Assembly: GCA_051546255.1 (NCBI GenBank)
Contig: CP128819.1
Location: 186,001-250,000, forward strand
From: Meyerozyma guilliermondii
Lineage: Eukaryota
Direction: 5' to 3'
Length of the DNA stretch: 64,000 nt
The notes below the pieces were generated by a model. That model searched no databases. It worked only from the letters and a program-made list of their open reading frames with translations, and was not told the origin of the DNA. This document shows positions 31,265-41,842 of this stretch, piece by piece. The position numbers and the translations under genes were made by a program. The first letter of the stretch is position 1, and every line of letters starts with the position of its first letter.

Positions 31265-33583
31265 TCATATGTTTCTATAGATGGCGTCTGCAACCCTGGC
31301 CACCTCAGCCATTGGCTTCACGTCGTGCACACGGACTATGTGTGCTCCTTGTTGCACAGAAGCAGTAACAGTGGCTCCGGTTGCAAAAGCTCGATTTGCA
31401 GCCACTGGTTCGTCGATCAAAGTTCCCAAAAAACGTTTTCTGGAAGCACCAATGAGAATCGGGAGGCCGGTCAATGCAAAGTACGAGCCGGCAGCCCGGT
31501 TTTCCACGGAATAATTTTTCAAAATGTTGGTATGGCTAAGAATAGCGAGATTTTGCAGCATGTTTTTTGCAAACCCGATTCCTGGATCGACGATTATCTG
31601 CCATTTGCGGACCCCACGAGTGAACGCTTTGAGGATCTGAGACGAGAGCTCTCGGCATACGCCGTTGAGAAGATTGACGGTTTCTGGGCCGGAAATAGCA
31701 TCAGTTACCGAGTACTCGATGATATCCTCATTGGTATTGGACTCGTAATTGGTGAGCTTGGACATGGTTTCTGGGGTCCCCCTAGTATGGTTGACGATGT
31801 ATGGACACCCAAACTTGGCAACTATGTCGAAAATGGTTTCATCATAAAGACCCATACTGATATCATTGATGATATCTGCCCCGGCTTCCAAGCACTTTTC
31901 GGCCACTTTGGCCCGATACGTATCGATAGAAACCAACACATTTGCAACCTTTTCATTCTTGCACTTACGAATAGCTTCCACCACAGGAACCACTCGTGCC
32001 AATTCTTCGTCGATATCTGGCGCAGCGCTTCCTGGTCGAGTTGATACTCCTCCAATATCAATTATATCTGCTCCATCTTCGATTAATCGAAGTACTTTTT
32101 GCTGGACATCCTCCTCCAGCAACCGATAGTTGGCTCCACCATCACTGAACGAGTCTGGAGTGGTGTTCATTATGCCCATAATTAGGGTCTTTTGCGACCC
32201 ATTCTGCATATCATACTGAAGTATAGGCCTTTTTAACCGGCTAACTGGTGTCATCAGAAGCAATGCCGAGGATTCTTGTAAATTACTGTCCGGTTGGGTC
32301 TTTAAAAGTTGGTTCAAATGGTCATGGACCGGCTCAGCACTCACTGGGTGCACGTATTCCGGACCCAATACTTCGCAGAGCGGCTGTAAAACGAACGTTC
32401 GTTCCAACATGGCCTTATGAGGAATCGTGAGTTCTGGGGTATTCATGCTGATCTCGTCGTAGAGAATGATATCCAAATCAATGGACCGAGGACCGTTATC
32501 GAATTCTTTCACTCTTTGAAGGTGCTGATATTCAACTTCTTTCAACACCGCCAAGAGTTCCTGAGGACTGTGTTTCACATTCACCTTGATAACTCCATTG
32601 AAAAATTCCGCCTGGTCCTTGTGGTACATGGGTTTGGAAACATATAGCGAAGACGTCGACTCAACATGAACTCCCTTTTGTTCAAGTAATTTCAATGCCT
32701 CGGTGATATTCAGCAATTGGTCTCCCACATTGGACCCAAAAGCAATATATGCTACGTGTGTTCCCTCGGTAAACCGGGCTTCTTCTTCGGAAGTGGGCAA
32801 GTCGAACCCCGAGTGCAGAAGCTTGTTTTTGAATTCGAGCGGCTGAACGTTCTTGAAACTGTCAATTGTCATGTCTGAGACAACACCCACACCTTCGGTA
32901 AAAGTGATGGCATTTGGCTTTGTGACTTTCACAGAAACATCTTTGACACCAGTAGAGTGGAATTGGAATATCAATTGACCAATTTTCATCACCAAAGCTT
33001 CCACGGTTTTGAAATTGGACGTTTCAACATACCGCACAACGTCGTCTACGATTTGATGCACTGAAGTTTCGGAGCCAGGAACCACTTTCAAGTCAATGTC
33101 AATGTCCACGATCTGTCTCTGTTCCCTTTCAAACGTGAAAACTCCAATAATCGTCAATAATCGAAGCCCATTGATTCGAATATGATCGTCCACCACAGCG
33201 CCCAAACCACGACTTCGTGCCACAGTGTACTCAATGCTGCTCGCCCTGATCTCAGACTTGGTGCTTTTCACCACCACGCTCGCGTGCTCTCCTCCGTGCT
33301 TCTTGGGATCGAGAACAGTAACTGCGACGTTTTCAGCGATGTTTCCCAACGATCCAAAATTGCGATGTTCTTGCAGTTTCATGTACTCCAGAATATTGCG
33401 GGATATCACGGCATAATTGAGCGAATATTTGAGGTTATCAGTAACCGATGCTTGGTGAAAATCGGTTTGCAAGCTGACAGAAATCGTGATTGGTTGCGGA
33501 CTCGGTTTGCTCCAGGCATCGCGTCCGGTCACTGCGGTGACAGCTAGGTCCTGGATAAACACTTTATCGGTTAGTTGTGCCAT
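31265..33583 (-). CDS. FOL1: Trifunctional folate synthesis protein (DHNA-HPPK-DHPS)
   Basis: Two FolB domains, YIAFGSNVG/GPRSIDLDI, MGIMNTTPDSFSDGG, DPGIGFAK, VRVHDV; first ATG at 33583. Confidence 0.95.
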   Translation of the reverse strand: MAQLTDKVFIQDLAVTAVTGRDAWSKPSPQPITISVSLQTDFHQASVTDNLKYSLNYAVISRNILEYMKLQEHRNFGSLGNIAENVAVTVLDPKKHGGEHASVVVKSTKSEIRASSIEYTVARSRGLGAVVDDHIRINGLRLLTIIGVFTFEREQRQIVDIDIDLKVVPGSETSVHQIVDDVVRYVETSNFKTVEALVMKIGQLIFQFHSTGVKDVSVKVTKPNAITFTEGVGVVSDMTIDSFKNVQPLEFKNKLLHSGFDLPTSEEEARFTEGTHVAYIAFGSNVGDQLLNITEALKLLEQKGVHVESTSSLYVSKPMYHKDQAEFFNGVIKVNVKHSPQELLAVLKEVEYQHLQRVKEFDNGPRSIDLDIILYDEISMNTPELTIPHKAMLERTFVLQPLCEVLGPEYVHPVSAEPVHDHLNQLLKTQPDSNLQESSALLLMTPVSRLKRPILQYDMQNGSQKTLIMGIMNTTPDSFSDGGANYRLLEEDVQQKVLRLIEDGADIIDIGGVSTRPGSAAPDIDEELARVVPVVEAIRKCKNEKVANVLVSIDTYRAKVAEKCLEAGADIINDISMGLYDETIFDIVAKFGCPYIVNHTRGTPETMSKLTNYESNTNEDIIEYSVTDAISGPETVNLLNGVCRELSSQILKAFTRGVRKWQIIVDPGIGFAKNMLQNLAILSHTNILKNYSVENRAAGSYFALTGLPILIGASRKRFLGTLIDEPVAANRAFATGATVTASVQQGAHIVRVHDVKPMAEVARVADAIYRNI

Positions 33584-33708
33584 TGAGGAGTGTAGGTTTC
33601 GTAAAGGCGCCGGACGTAGGGCCGGCTTGAGTAGGCGTGTGCAGAGCAGTTTGATGGTCAATGAGATGAGATGAAAATTCGCGGGGTAGATAGTGGGCAG
33701 GAACCACC

Positions 33709-34827
33709 CTATCTTTTCGAAATACTCTTCATAAACTCCTTTGACTCCTCTTGCAATAACTCGCCCACATCCATGTCATCTGTGATATCTCTGGTGTCTG
33801 TAATGGCTTTTCCGTAGTCCACCGTTTCTCTTGCTATATTTTCGGCCTTCTCACGATCGCATTTAAAGTCTTCCATTATCATCGACAAGATCACCTCATT
33901 GGCTAATACAAACGATGAAAAGCCATTTATGGTCCAGTAGGATATCTCTCGACAGTTTCCAGCGCTGGTCCGAAGTTCGTCGTGCAATTGACTCACAATA
34001 ATATTACCGATGAAAAGTTGTCTTTTCAACCCGTAGTAGCCACCATAAAAAATGGTCCAGTCGATTTCCAGTTTTTCTTTCAGGGTCATTGTATCGTGGA
34101 GGGACTGGTTCAGGATGTTCTTGGCTGAGTTATAGAAGCTTGAACCTTTTTTCTGAGTCAAAACCTTGCGTGCAACTTGTAGATGTCGATCCACTCTAAC
34201 TGCCAATTCTCTCTTGGAAGTAACCGGTTTGGGAATCCCATACTCCTTGAACCGTTCTGCTATCTCAGTACTACTCTCAACCACTTTTCGTTGCAATGAC
34301 TGCATCAAACTGGGAAATGAACTGAAATCGTCTTTACTGAAATCTTCTTCATTTGTGCTCAGATTTGGAACTCCAAGTTGACTTGTAGAACTCTTTGTTA
34401 AAGTGTCAGCTGCTGGTTCGTCTTCACTTTCTTGTATCAATTTTGCAATTTCATCAAGTTCATTGCCTCTATCTCTAGTGGGACTGCTGGAAAGAAGAGA
34501 GAGATCAATAAGCTGGCTATCAGAATCACTTTGAAAATTTTCTTCCATTTTTTCCTTTTCTTCTTTCTCCCTTTCATTCTCGACCTTCTCCTTCTCCTTC
34601 CCTTCATTTATTCCTCTTTTCGACTTTATTTCATCATTTTTCTTCTTCTTTTTATAAGTTCTTAGTGGAACCAAAGTATTCATCGGTTGCGAAAATTGTC
34701 GTTTTGGTCCTTTTCCGTCCCTTCTAGGATCACGATACCCATCATTGGCCAGGGGTACATCTACATTTCTAGCATGGGGAGAACTGCGTTTCTTGAAGGG
34801 AGATAAGCTAGGAAATCGCCGGTCCAT
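33709..34827 (-). CDS. RTC4: RTC4-like domain protein
   Basis: C-terminal GYYGxKR...FVLANEVI..MIMED...YG pattern. Confidence 0.65.
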   Translation of the reverse strand: MDRRFPSLSPFKKRSSPHARNVDVPLANDGYRDPRRDGKGPKRQFSQPMNTLVPLRTYKKKKKNDEIKSKRGINEGKEKEKVENEREKEEKEKMEENFQSDSDSQLIDLSLLSSSPTRDRGNELDEIAKLIQESEDEPAADTLTKSSTSQLGVPNLSTNEEDFSKDDFSSFPSLMQSLQRKVVESSTEIAERFKEYGIPKPVTSKRELAVRVDRHLQVARKVLTQKKGSSFYNSAKNILNQSLHDTMTLKEKLEIDWTIFYGGYYGLKRQLFIGNIIVSQLHDELRTSAGNCREISYWTINGFSSFVLANEVILSMIMEDFKCDREKAENIARETVDYGKAITDTRDITDDMDVGELLQEESKEFMKSISKR

Positions 34828-34994
34828 ATTTACCAACAACGCGAAAGATGAGAAATGAGAACTACAGTGAGATTTGAATGTAATATATAAAACGTAAGCT
34901 ATAAAGTTAAAGGGGTCTTGATTGGGATATCTGCTGTTATGATAGATAAGTATGCTTACTAGTATCTTATCGGCACATTTCTTCTTTCTCTTTT

Positions 34995-37115
34995 TTATCT
35001 TCCTCCATTCTGAAAAAAGTTGGCGAGTTGGGCTCCAAGATTAGGATTTTGGCCTTGATTTTGCTGGTATCCTTGCATGTTTCCCGCTTGTGCCATGGCA
35101 GGGTTAACAGGAAGTTGTGGACTATTTCCACCATTATTATTATTGAACAATCCCGACAATGGATTCACCGAAGATTGCAGGAACGTATTAAAGTCGGGAG
35201 TGGCTCCGTGAGACATGGTGGTTTGCTGAGGAATCAAAGTGGTCTTGACATAGTCTTCATCGGGTTCACCTGGTCTATTGGACTTGGGTCCATTTCTGGC
35301 AGAATTGGTAGGCATCTTTTTGGACATGGCTTTGGACGAAATACCAGTACCAATTTCAATATCGGGTTCGTCAATAACCATACCACTCAGCAAAGGTTGA
35401 CCTCCGGTTCCACCCCATTGGGCTTGGACCACCCAAGCACGATCAGCATCGGTCAATCTTTGGATGGGAATGATAGAAATACCATGTTGGTAATTGCAAC
35501 AATCTCTTGGTCCAAATCCTACACCCCATCTGGTTCTAAGACCCATAGTGTTCTCTTTGGCAAACGAGGTGATAACTTGTTCTGCTTCGTGACGAGAATA
35601 CACTTTAACAAACGCATGTTTCCGTTCACTGTTCAAAATCACCGACTGGACTTCAGCGTATGGTCTCAACACATTGGCCAAGTCTTGTTCGTACATATGG
35701 CGAGGAACACCACCAATGAAGAGAGTTCGAGATAACACTTTGAATGAGCCTTGAGGCAACGATGGGTCGAAACCAACATTACGGGGACGATAATGCGCCG
35801 AGCCTGGAATATTCAATTCTCCAGGATTCATAGGTCCATCTTCGCCGCCCTGCTGGTTCATTGGTTGGTTCATAGGCTGGTTCATTTGACCCATTGGTTG
35901 TCCCATAGGTTGACCCATTTGACCCATTTGACCCATAGGTTGACCCATTCGACCCATAGGCTGTCCCATATGCTGACCTGGTTGTCCCATTGGTTGTCCC
36001 ATTGGTTGACCTGGTTGTCCCATAGGCTGCCCCATAGGCTGACCCATCGGTGGTTTACCGGGTCCACCCATATATCCTCCCATTTGTCCCATAGGTTGTC
36101 CCTGTCCAGGTCCCGGCGCTCCATATGCTCTCGGAGGAGACCTCTCTCTTCTGGGCTGAGCGCCGCGGTTGGGAGACCTCGATCTGTTTCTTCTGGAGTA
36201 CGAACTACTATCGTCGTAGCGTCCCCTGGCTCCACCTACATTGGGAATATTTGGAAGATTAGGACCTCCGCCTTGTGAGATTGCAGGAACTGCAGGGGCG
36301 GGGTTTGTACCGGCGCCATTTTGCATCAGCTGCAACATGCTGAAAATTTGTTGTTCGTTTTGAGCGGGAGCACCATTTGCAACCGCAGGCGCTGGAGACC
36401 CCAGCTGAGGTTTAGCCAAAGCAGACAATTGCAGCAACACATTATTGGCATTGTTTTCTACCGGCACCGCAGTCGTGGTGGTTGGTGTCGAACTGTTAGA
36501 ATTAGCCGTCTTTGCCAACGAAGCCAAGGCCAGCAAAATGCTTCCCGAGTCGCCGGAACCGGCAGGTTTAGCAGGTTCAACCGACGCTCTCGGTGGAGAA
36601 CCAGGTGGTGTCGTGGACTTGAAATGCTTCTCTCTGATACGAGCGATAAGCTCTGGCAGAAACGTGTCTGCACGCTCCCAAATGTCTACTAGTTTACCGA
36701 TTTTCGTATTTTGAGATTTACTGACCAGGAGTTCCAAAGCATCATCCACGATCGATTCAATCAACTCTGTAATTTTGAACACGGCAGCGGCATAGGTACC
36801 TTGCGGAGCATCGGCATTTACTGTTTGTTTGTTCTTCTTGGCTTCCTCCAAGAGACCTCTTACGATAGAGTCGACAACGTAGAGCGTACCTAATTTATGC
36901 GAAGATGGCGCGGCTTTACAATTAGAGTACAATATTTGAATGATATTCGCCTCGTCCTGAATGTTAGTACCGTTTGCACCCATTTTCCACCTCTCATTAC
37001 TTACAGAAACATTGGAAATGGCAATTTCGGTTAATTTTTTGATTCGGGATCCACTGACTCCCGGAGCTTTTAGCGTGGGAAGCTCTTTAATTATGGATTC
37101 AAATTCACTGGCCAT
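34995..37115 (-). CDS. NRD1: RNA-binding transcription termination factor (CID + RRM) with 48-nt intron 37004-36957
   Basis: GVSGSRIKKLT, HKLGxLYVVDSI, KVLSRTLFIGGVP, LRTRWGVGFGPRDCC. Confidence 0.95.
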   Translation of the reverse strand: MASEFESIIKELPTLKAPGVSGSRIKKLTEIAISNVSVSNERWKMGANGTNIQDEANIIQILYSNCKAAPSSHKLGTLYVVDSIVRGLLEEAKKNKQTVNADAPQGTYAAAVFKITELIESIVDDALELLVSKSQNTKIGKLVDIWERADTFLPELIARIREKHFKSTTPPGSPPRASVEPAKPAGSGDSGSILLALASLAKTANSNSSTPTTTTAVPVENNANNVLLQLSALAKPQLGSPAPAVANGAPAQNEQQIFSMLQLMQNGAGTNPAPAVPAISQGGGPNLPNIPNVGGARGRYDDSSSYSRRNRSRSPNRGAQPRRERSPPRAYGAPGPGQGQPMGQMGGYMGGPGKPPMGQPMGQPMGQPGQPMGQPMGQPGQHMGQPMGRMGQPMGQMGQMGQPMGQPMGQMNQPMNQPMNQQGGEDGPMNPGELNIPGSAHYRPRNVGFDPSLPQGSFKVLSRTLFIGGVPRHMYEQDLANVLRPYAEVQSVILNSERKHAFVKVYSRHEAEQVITSFAKENTMGLRTRWGVGFGPRDCCNYQHGISIIPIQRLTDADRAWVVQAQWGGTGGQPLLSGMVIDEPDIEIGTGISSKAMSKKMPTNSARNGPKSNRPGEPDEDYVKTTLIPQQTTMSHGATPDFNTFLQSSVNPLSGLFNNNNGGNSPQLPVNPAMAQAGNMQGYQQNQGQNPNLGAQLANFFQNGGR
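35865..36105 (-). repeat. Coding (G)QPMG tandem repeats in NRD1
   Basis: GQPMGQPMGQPGQPMG... low-complexity tract. Confidence 0.85.
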
Positions 37116-37392
37116 TACGTTTACTGGGCGTTTTATACAGCCTTACGAAATTGGATCTATACGTTGTTTAGGGGCGGTTAACTATCTACTGATGAGACCA
37201 GCTGCGAAAACTGCGAAAATGCCTCTTTATATAGTGGCGTGTTACCCGGACGCGAATGGGCACACAATATGCAGTATTTAGAGCTGGTCTGTGCCTATAT
37301 GTACGCCAATTTATGTGCGCGCGGTCCAAGGTTTACGCTGGGCCGCTGAAAAAAATCAAAACCGCATAAATCCAAGAGTAGACCAAGACCCA

Positions 37393-38175
37393 ATGATTGG
37401 CTGGTCTAGAACATTTGCGACCCTGGCAAAGCCGGTCATACGCACCACGGCCCTTGTTTCACGAAATCCTGTTGTCACGGCTGATCTTCCTCAGTTTGAA
37501 TCTCAGTTTTATCGCTATCAAAATGAGCTCTGGAAGAGACTTATGTGGACGTTTCCCAAATGGTTTTACTACCGTGTAGGTACACTTTCCGAGCAGAAAT
37601 TCCGCGAACTCAACCCTAATCCCGTATACAACAACCCAAACATCGAATTTCCACGCGGAAGACCGGATATAAGACAGCAAAGAGACCGTAGATTCAAGCA
37701 AGAATTGTCACTTCCCAAGACTTATAGTGAAGCAAAAGAAGAAGATGAAGTAGCTGCTAACGATAATTTGTCGAGAAAAATTGTTCCCAATTCTCGGGTG
37801 ACAGAAGCAGACAAGAAAAACGACGTAACGAGTCTTGAAAGAAAATTGGCAAGAACGTTGTATCTCGTAGTTCAACAAGATGGAAGTTGGACTTTTCCCA
37901 CGTTCGATGCAGCCGAGGACCAGGCTCTACACACCTCTGCTGAGACTGGTATCTACAAATTGGGCGGAGAAAAAATCAATTATTTTAATGTATCCAACAC
38001 ACCATGCCATGTTTCCAGCAGCGATACCAGCAAAACCTTTTACATCAAATCACACATATTATCGGGAAAATTTGAGCCCCAGAACGGAGAGAAGTACATG
38101 TGGCTTTCCAAAGACGAATTGAGCCAGCACCTCTCCAATTACGACGAAATCCAGCATTTGCTTAGTGATGTATAG
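37393..38175 (+). CDS. MRPL17: Mitochondrial ribosomal protein mL46
   Basis: ELWKRLMWTFP..FYY, PNSRVTEAD..ND.TSLERKL.RTLYL. Confidence 0.9.
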   Translation: MIGWSRTFATLAKPVIRTTALVSRNPVVTADLPQFESQFYRYQNELWKRLMWTFPKWFYYRVGTLSEQKFRELNPNPVYNNPNIEFPRGRPDIRQQRDRRFKQELSLPKTYSEAKEEDEVAANDNLSRKIVPNSRVTEADKKNDVTSLERKLARTLYLVVQQDGSWTFPTFDAAEDQALHTSAETGIYKLGGEKINYFNVSNTPCHVSSSDTSKTFYIKSHILSGKFEPQNGEKYMWLSKDELSQHLSNYDEIQHLLSDV

Positions 38176-38203
38176 ATCTTCATGTATATAGCGCTTACAT
38201 CTA

Positions 38204-39408
38204 TCATTCATCTTTTTTAGCTCGTATCACCCTCTCGGCAGCCCACACCGACCGGTCGAGCAACGCTCCCACCATAAGCACACCAGCAATGGAACTAATG
38301 ACTCCCAACACAAACCCAGACCATGTCTTTGCATACTGTTCCTTATTTATGATTTTCATGGGCAGAATTTCAAAGTGGAAAAACACACCGGGGAGTCCTC
38401 CTCGAGCATGAAGGGTGTGCTGGTGATCATCATCTTTTCCTCCAGCCAATGGACGGTGATGTGAAATCACCAGGAATTGGTTGGTTTCCAAAGCTGGAGT
38501 GTTTGGTGTCAAGAATTCAAATCTCGTAGCCACCACCTTGAGATAGTACGAGTAAAGCCTATCCTTGCTCTTGAGGATCATGGAACTTTTGTCCAAGGGA
38601 TGGGTCAGCTGTTTTTCAAAAAATTGTATGTTGTGAGGATCCAGGCCAAACAGCAAATGGTTGATAACATGGTCAAACGTGAACTTATCGTCGTATTTGT
38701 TGAACAACGAAAGGTCGTGGAAGTGGCTTCCTGGAGCTGTAAATGAGGCGCCCGGAGCAAAGTGAAGGTTGCCGGAAATTCTATTGATTTTACCTGTTCC
38801 CTTAATTCGGCAACCTTCAAAGTTGTTAATTTTTTCGTTCAAACGAGCCACATATCCCTCTCTCTCACACTGCTCAATGTTCTCGCCGTCAAAGAACCCC
38901 CAAGCTTTCTGGGCGTACGCAAGACGAACGGTTTCACAGTCATTACAGCAGTAATCCAGATTTTCATCCTGAGGAAGTGCACCGTAGCACGACCCACACA
39001 GCCCATCGGGAGCTCTACCGCGAGCACGTTCCTCCAACTCGCCAGCACTACTCATCACCGGCGATTCATCTCGAATTTCCAGCCCGTCTTTCAACAACCG
39101 AAACTTTTCAAATCCAGACAGCAACAAATCCACCTGAAGATCGCCACTAACGTCCAAAATATCCATTGTCAACACATCACAGGGGATATCCGGGAACGAG
39201 ATGTCCAAATTTATCTCCAATTTCTTGTTAATATCTCGATCCACAACCAATTCTGGACGGTTGATGATGGACGTGTACTCCAGATATTCATTTCTGATTA
39301 GGTAAAGCACCACTATTACACAAATAAGAGTAATTATTCCACCCTGACCCTTGCGTCCTCCACGGTCTTCGCAAAAGCGTCGAAAGAAAGCAATTTGGGC
39401 TGGGGCAT
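38204..39408 (-). pseudogene. ERV46: ER-Golgi vesicle protein Erv46, frameshifted after about codon 22 (or assembly error)
   Basis: ATG 39408 gives MPQPKLLSFDAFAKTVEDARVRVE* while GGIITL...ELVVD...CGSCYGA...GNLHFAPG continues in another frame. Confidence 0.75.
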
Positions 39409-39509
39409 AATTGGCTTTTTTGGGACGAAGGTGTTCGGTTCTGAGATTTTGGATGCGAAACTTCACCAACTTCGCGCAAACTGCAGGACAAGCCACTGCA
39501 CAGCTCCAT

Positions 39510-40457
39510 ATGGCATCGGACAACAAGGGGTACTTCCAGAAGCTTGTGAGTGTCAGCGCCAAGGATCTGGGCTCTGCTGGGTCGGAAGTAGTGACATTTG
39601 GCATCAATGCCACCGGAAGTCGCGTGGTGGGTGCAAGAACCGACCGTTCTCTCCAAGTCTGGCGATGTGCAGATCGCTTTTCTGACTGTGTCACGATAGA
39701 AAATGCCCATTCTCGTGCGGTGGGGGGTGTTTCGTGGAACCCGCTCAAGGAGCTTGAGTTTGCAACGGTTGCGAGAGATAAAAGTGTCAAAATATGGCAT
39801 GCCAATGGCAGGCTCGAACGTGAAATTTCGCTAGACAAAATATATACGAGTCATTTGGTACAATATTCAACAGACGGACAGTATCTCGCGGTGGGATGCC
39901 GAGAAAAGCACATTTTGTTGTTGGAAGTGAAGAAAAATTACCAAATAGTGGCAGATGTCACTACAGATGAGCACATATATGGCTTAGCATGGTTCAACCA
40001 CCAACACACATATTTGGCTGCAACGTTCCAAAACGGTTCCTACACCATCTTCAAGCACTCACAAGGCTTGTCGCCGTTTTTCACTGCAAAAGGACACCGT
40101 TCTGTGGTAACTTCTGTGGCAGTGGATTCTCGCGGTCGTTACTTTGCTTTGGGTTCCAGCGATGGCATTGTTTCGCTCTGGAAAACCGATACGCTCGTCA
40201 ACGACAAGGTTCTAACCACTGTCGATGAAGCTATAGCTCAAGTGAGTCTTTCTCGAGACGGCAATTACGTCGGTGTAGCTTACGACAGTGGGTCTAACTT
40301 GCGAATTTTCGACTACGAAACTCTTGAAGAGATACTCGAGGTGCCTAGTAGCATTTTAGGTGGTGTATCCCTTGCGGGAATCCAGTGGTTTCCTAATAAA
40401 ACAGGGTTTGTGTATGTGACCGACCGAGGCAGAACCATGGCGATGATGCGACGGTGA
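39510..40457 (+). CDS. TEX1: TREX/THO WD40 subunit (THOC3-like)
   Basis: WD40 repeats; GHRSVVTSVAVDSRGRYFALGSSDG.VSLW; ATG at 39510. Confidence 0.75.
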   Translation: MASDNKGYFQKLVSVSAKDLGSAGSEVVTFGINATGSRVVGARTDRSLQVWRCADRFSDCVTIENAHSRAVGGVSWNPLKELEFATVARDKSVKIWHANGRLEREISLDKIYTSHLVQYSTDGQYLAVGCREKHILLLEVKKNYQIVADVTTDEHIYGLAWFNHQHTYLAATFQNGSYTIFKHSQGLSPFFTAKGHRSVVTSVAVDSRGRYFALGSSDGIVSLWKTDTLVNDKVLTTVDEAIAQVSLSRDGNYVGVAYDSGSNLRIFDYETLEEILEVPSSILGGVSLAGIQWFPNKTGFVYVTDRGRTMAMMRR

Positions 40458-41842
40458 ATAGAACTGAATGAACTAGCCAATTGAGACAATAGCTAAGGTC
40501 TGGGATAATTCCTGGTATTGGGATTCTCTGGAATATTTTGGACACATTTCGGAAAGTTTTTCGAAATACTTGATTCTATTTGTCCAGATATTCGAACGTA
40601 CTTGTGTCACATACTTGGACGTTCTTGTCATATTTGAATTCACCCTTCCACATCGTCTGAAGCAGATGATCACTCCAGCTAAAACTCACAGTCCCTTATC
40701 CTTTTCACTCACCTTTCCGGTTTACAGATCACTTCCAAGCACGCCAATTTACCCACTTTTCATGGTCAGTGAATTCATTCCAATACCCAAAGTAAGGGTA
40801 ATTTGCTGTAGCCACCAAACGACCTAGGGTCTGTGGTTCGAATTGAGGAAGCAACAAAAGGAAGTTCCATCATATATACATCCTGGTTGAGACTAACCGC
40901 TCCCCGATCGGAAGTGTTCGATCGGAGTTTTATTAGTTGGTGAACCGTTTTCAAACTAAACGAGGAGGAACCTTGAATAATCAGTAAATTGTTAGATCCT
41001 AAAACTGTATTGTATAGTATGACCCTGTGAATAAGATTCATTCCCACCAATAATTTTAAGTACATAATTGAGGTTTTTCAAATATTTGCAAAATTCGAAA
41101 CTTGTCAGATTTCGCATAAATGTCACGAATGTCCTTCACGAAACACATTTCTGCGACCACGACGCCTCTACTACAGTTTAGCGATCCTTGGTGAATTGCT
41201 GCCAGATCTAGAGGTTTAGGTTGATCTGTTTAGTGCAGAGCCGTGCATTACATAATCGACTGAATGTCACGTTTTTGCAACCAAAAAGCTTTATTTGATG
41301 TAATGCTTCAGATTTCCCGGATTTGTGAAGGTGTACTTTCTTCTGTCGTAATCTGGGCCGATTTGAATAATTTGCTGTTTGCACCTTCTGTCAAGGTTAT
41401 CACGTTATGTAATACGGAGGACAATATTAGCTAATAATTTAACAACAAGTTCTAGCAACCACAAAGTAGCTTTCAGCTCTATGCTTCTAGTTGCTCGATG
41501 CGCAATGCCACAGCTTCCAAAAACTGCGTTTACAGCTTGTTTCGACCTCTTCAAGGTTTTCACTGTTGCGCCGCTCGATGATGTGGAGTAGGTACATGCA
41601 GGACGGGAGAACCAGGAACAGATAACCGGATCTAACCACAATAAATGTTCTAGGAAAGTTTCTAGGACAGTCCAAAGTATCCAATCACCTCTAATAACAC
41701 TCCTGACACATCTGAGTCAATCGTTTATGAATTTTTATCCAAAACTTCATGAACCTTATTCCATGTCCTCGGCCGGGTAACCTGACAAATTTTCACCAAA
41801 TTGCTGAACTGGTGCAGATTCACCGGAGTGTTGAGAGAGAAG

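Noticed and set aside
35751..36278. His/Trp-rich repeat ORFs (HWLSHRL, WDNQ)
   Set aside because: Antisense and alternate frames of the NRD1 QPMG repeat
39409..39838. Long N-terminal extension of ERV46 overlapping TEX1
   Set aside because: Antisense shadow of TEX1; the true ERV46 start is at 39408 in another frame
41680..41712. CA-rich segment as telomerase RNA template
   Set aside because: Telomere repeat of this species is unknown to me, and terminal redundancy is too short to be convincing
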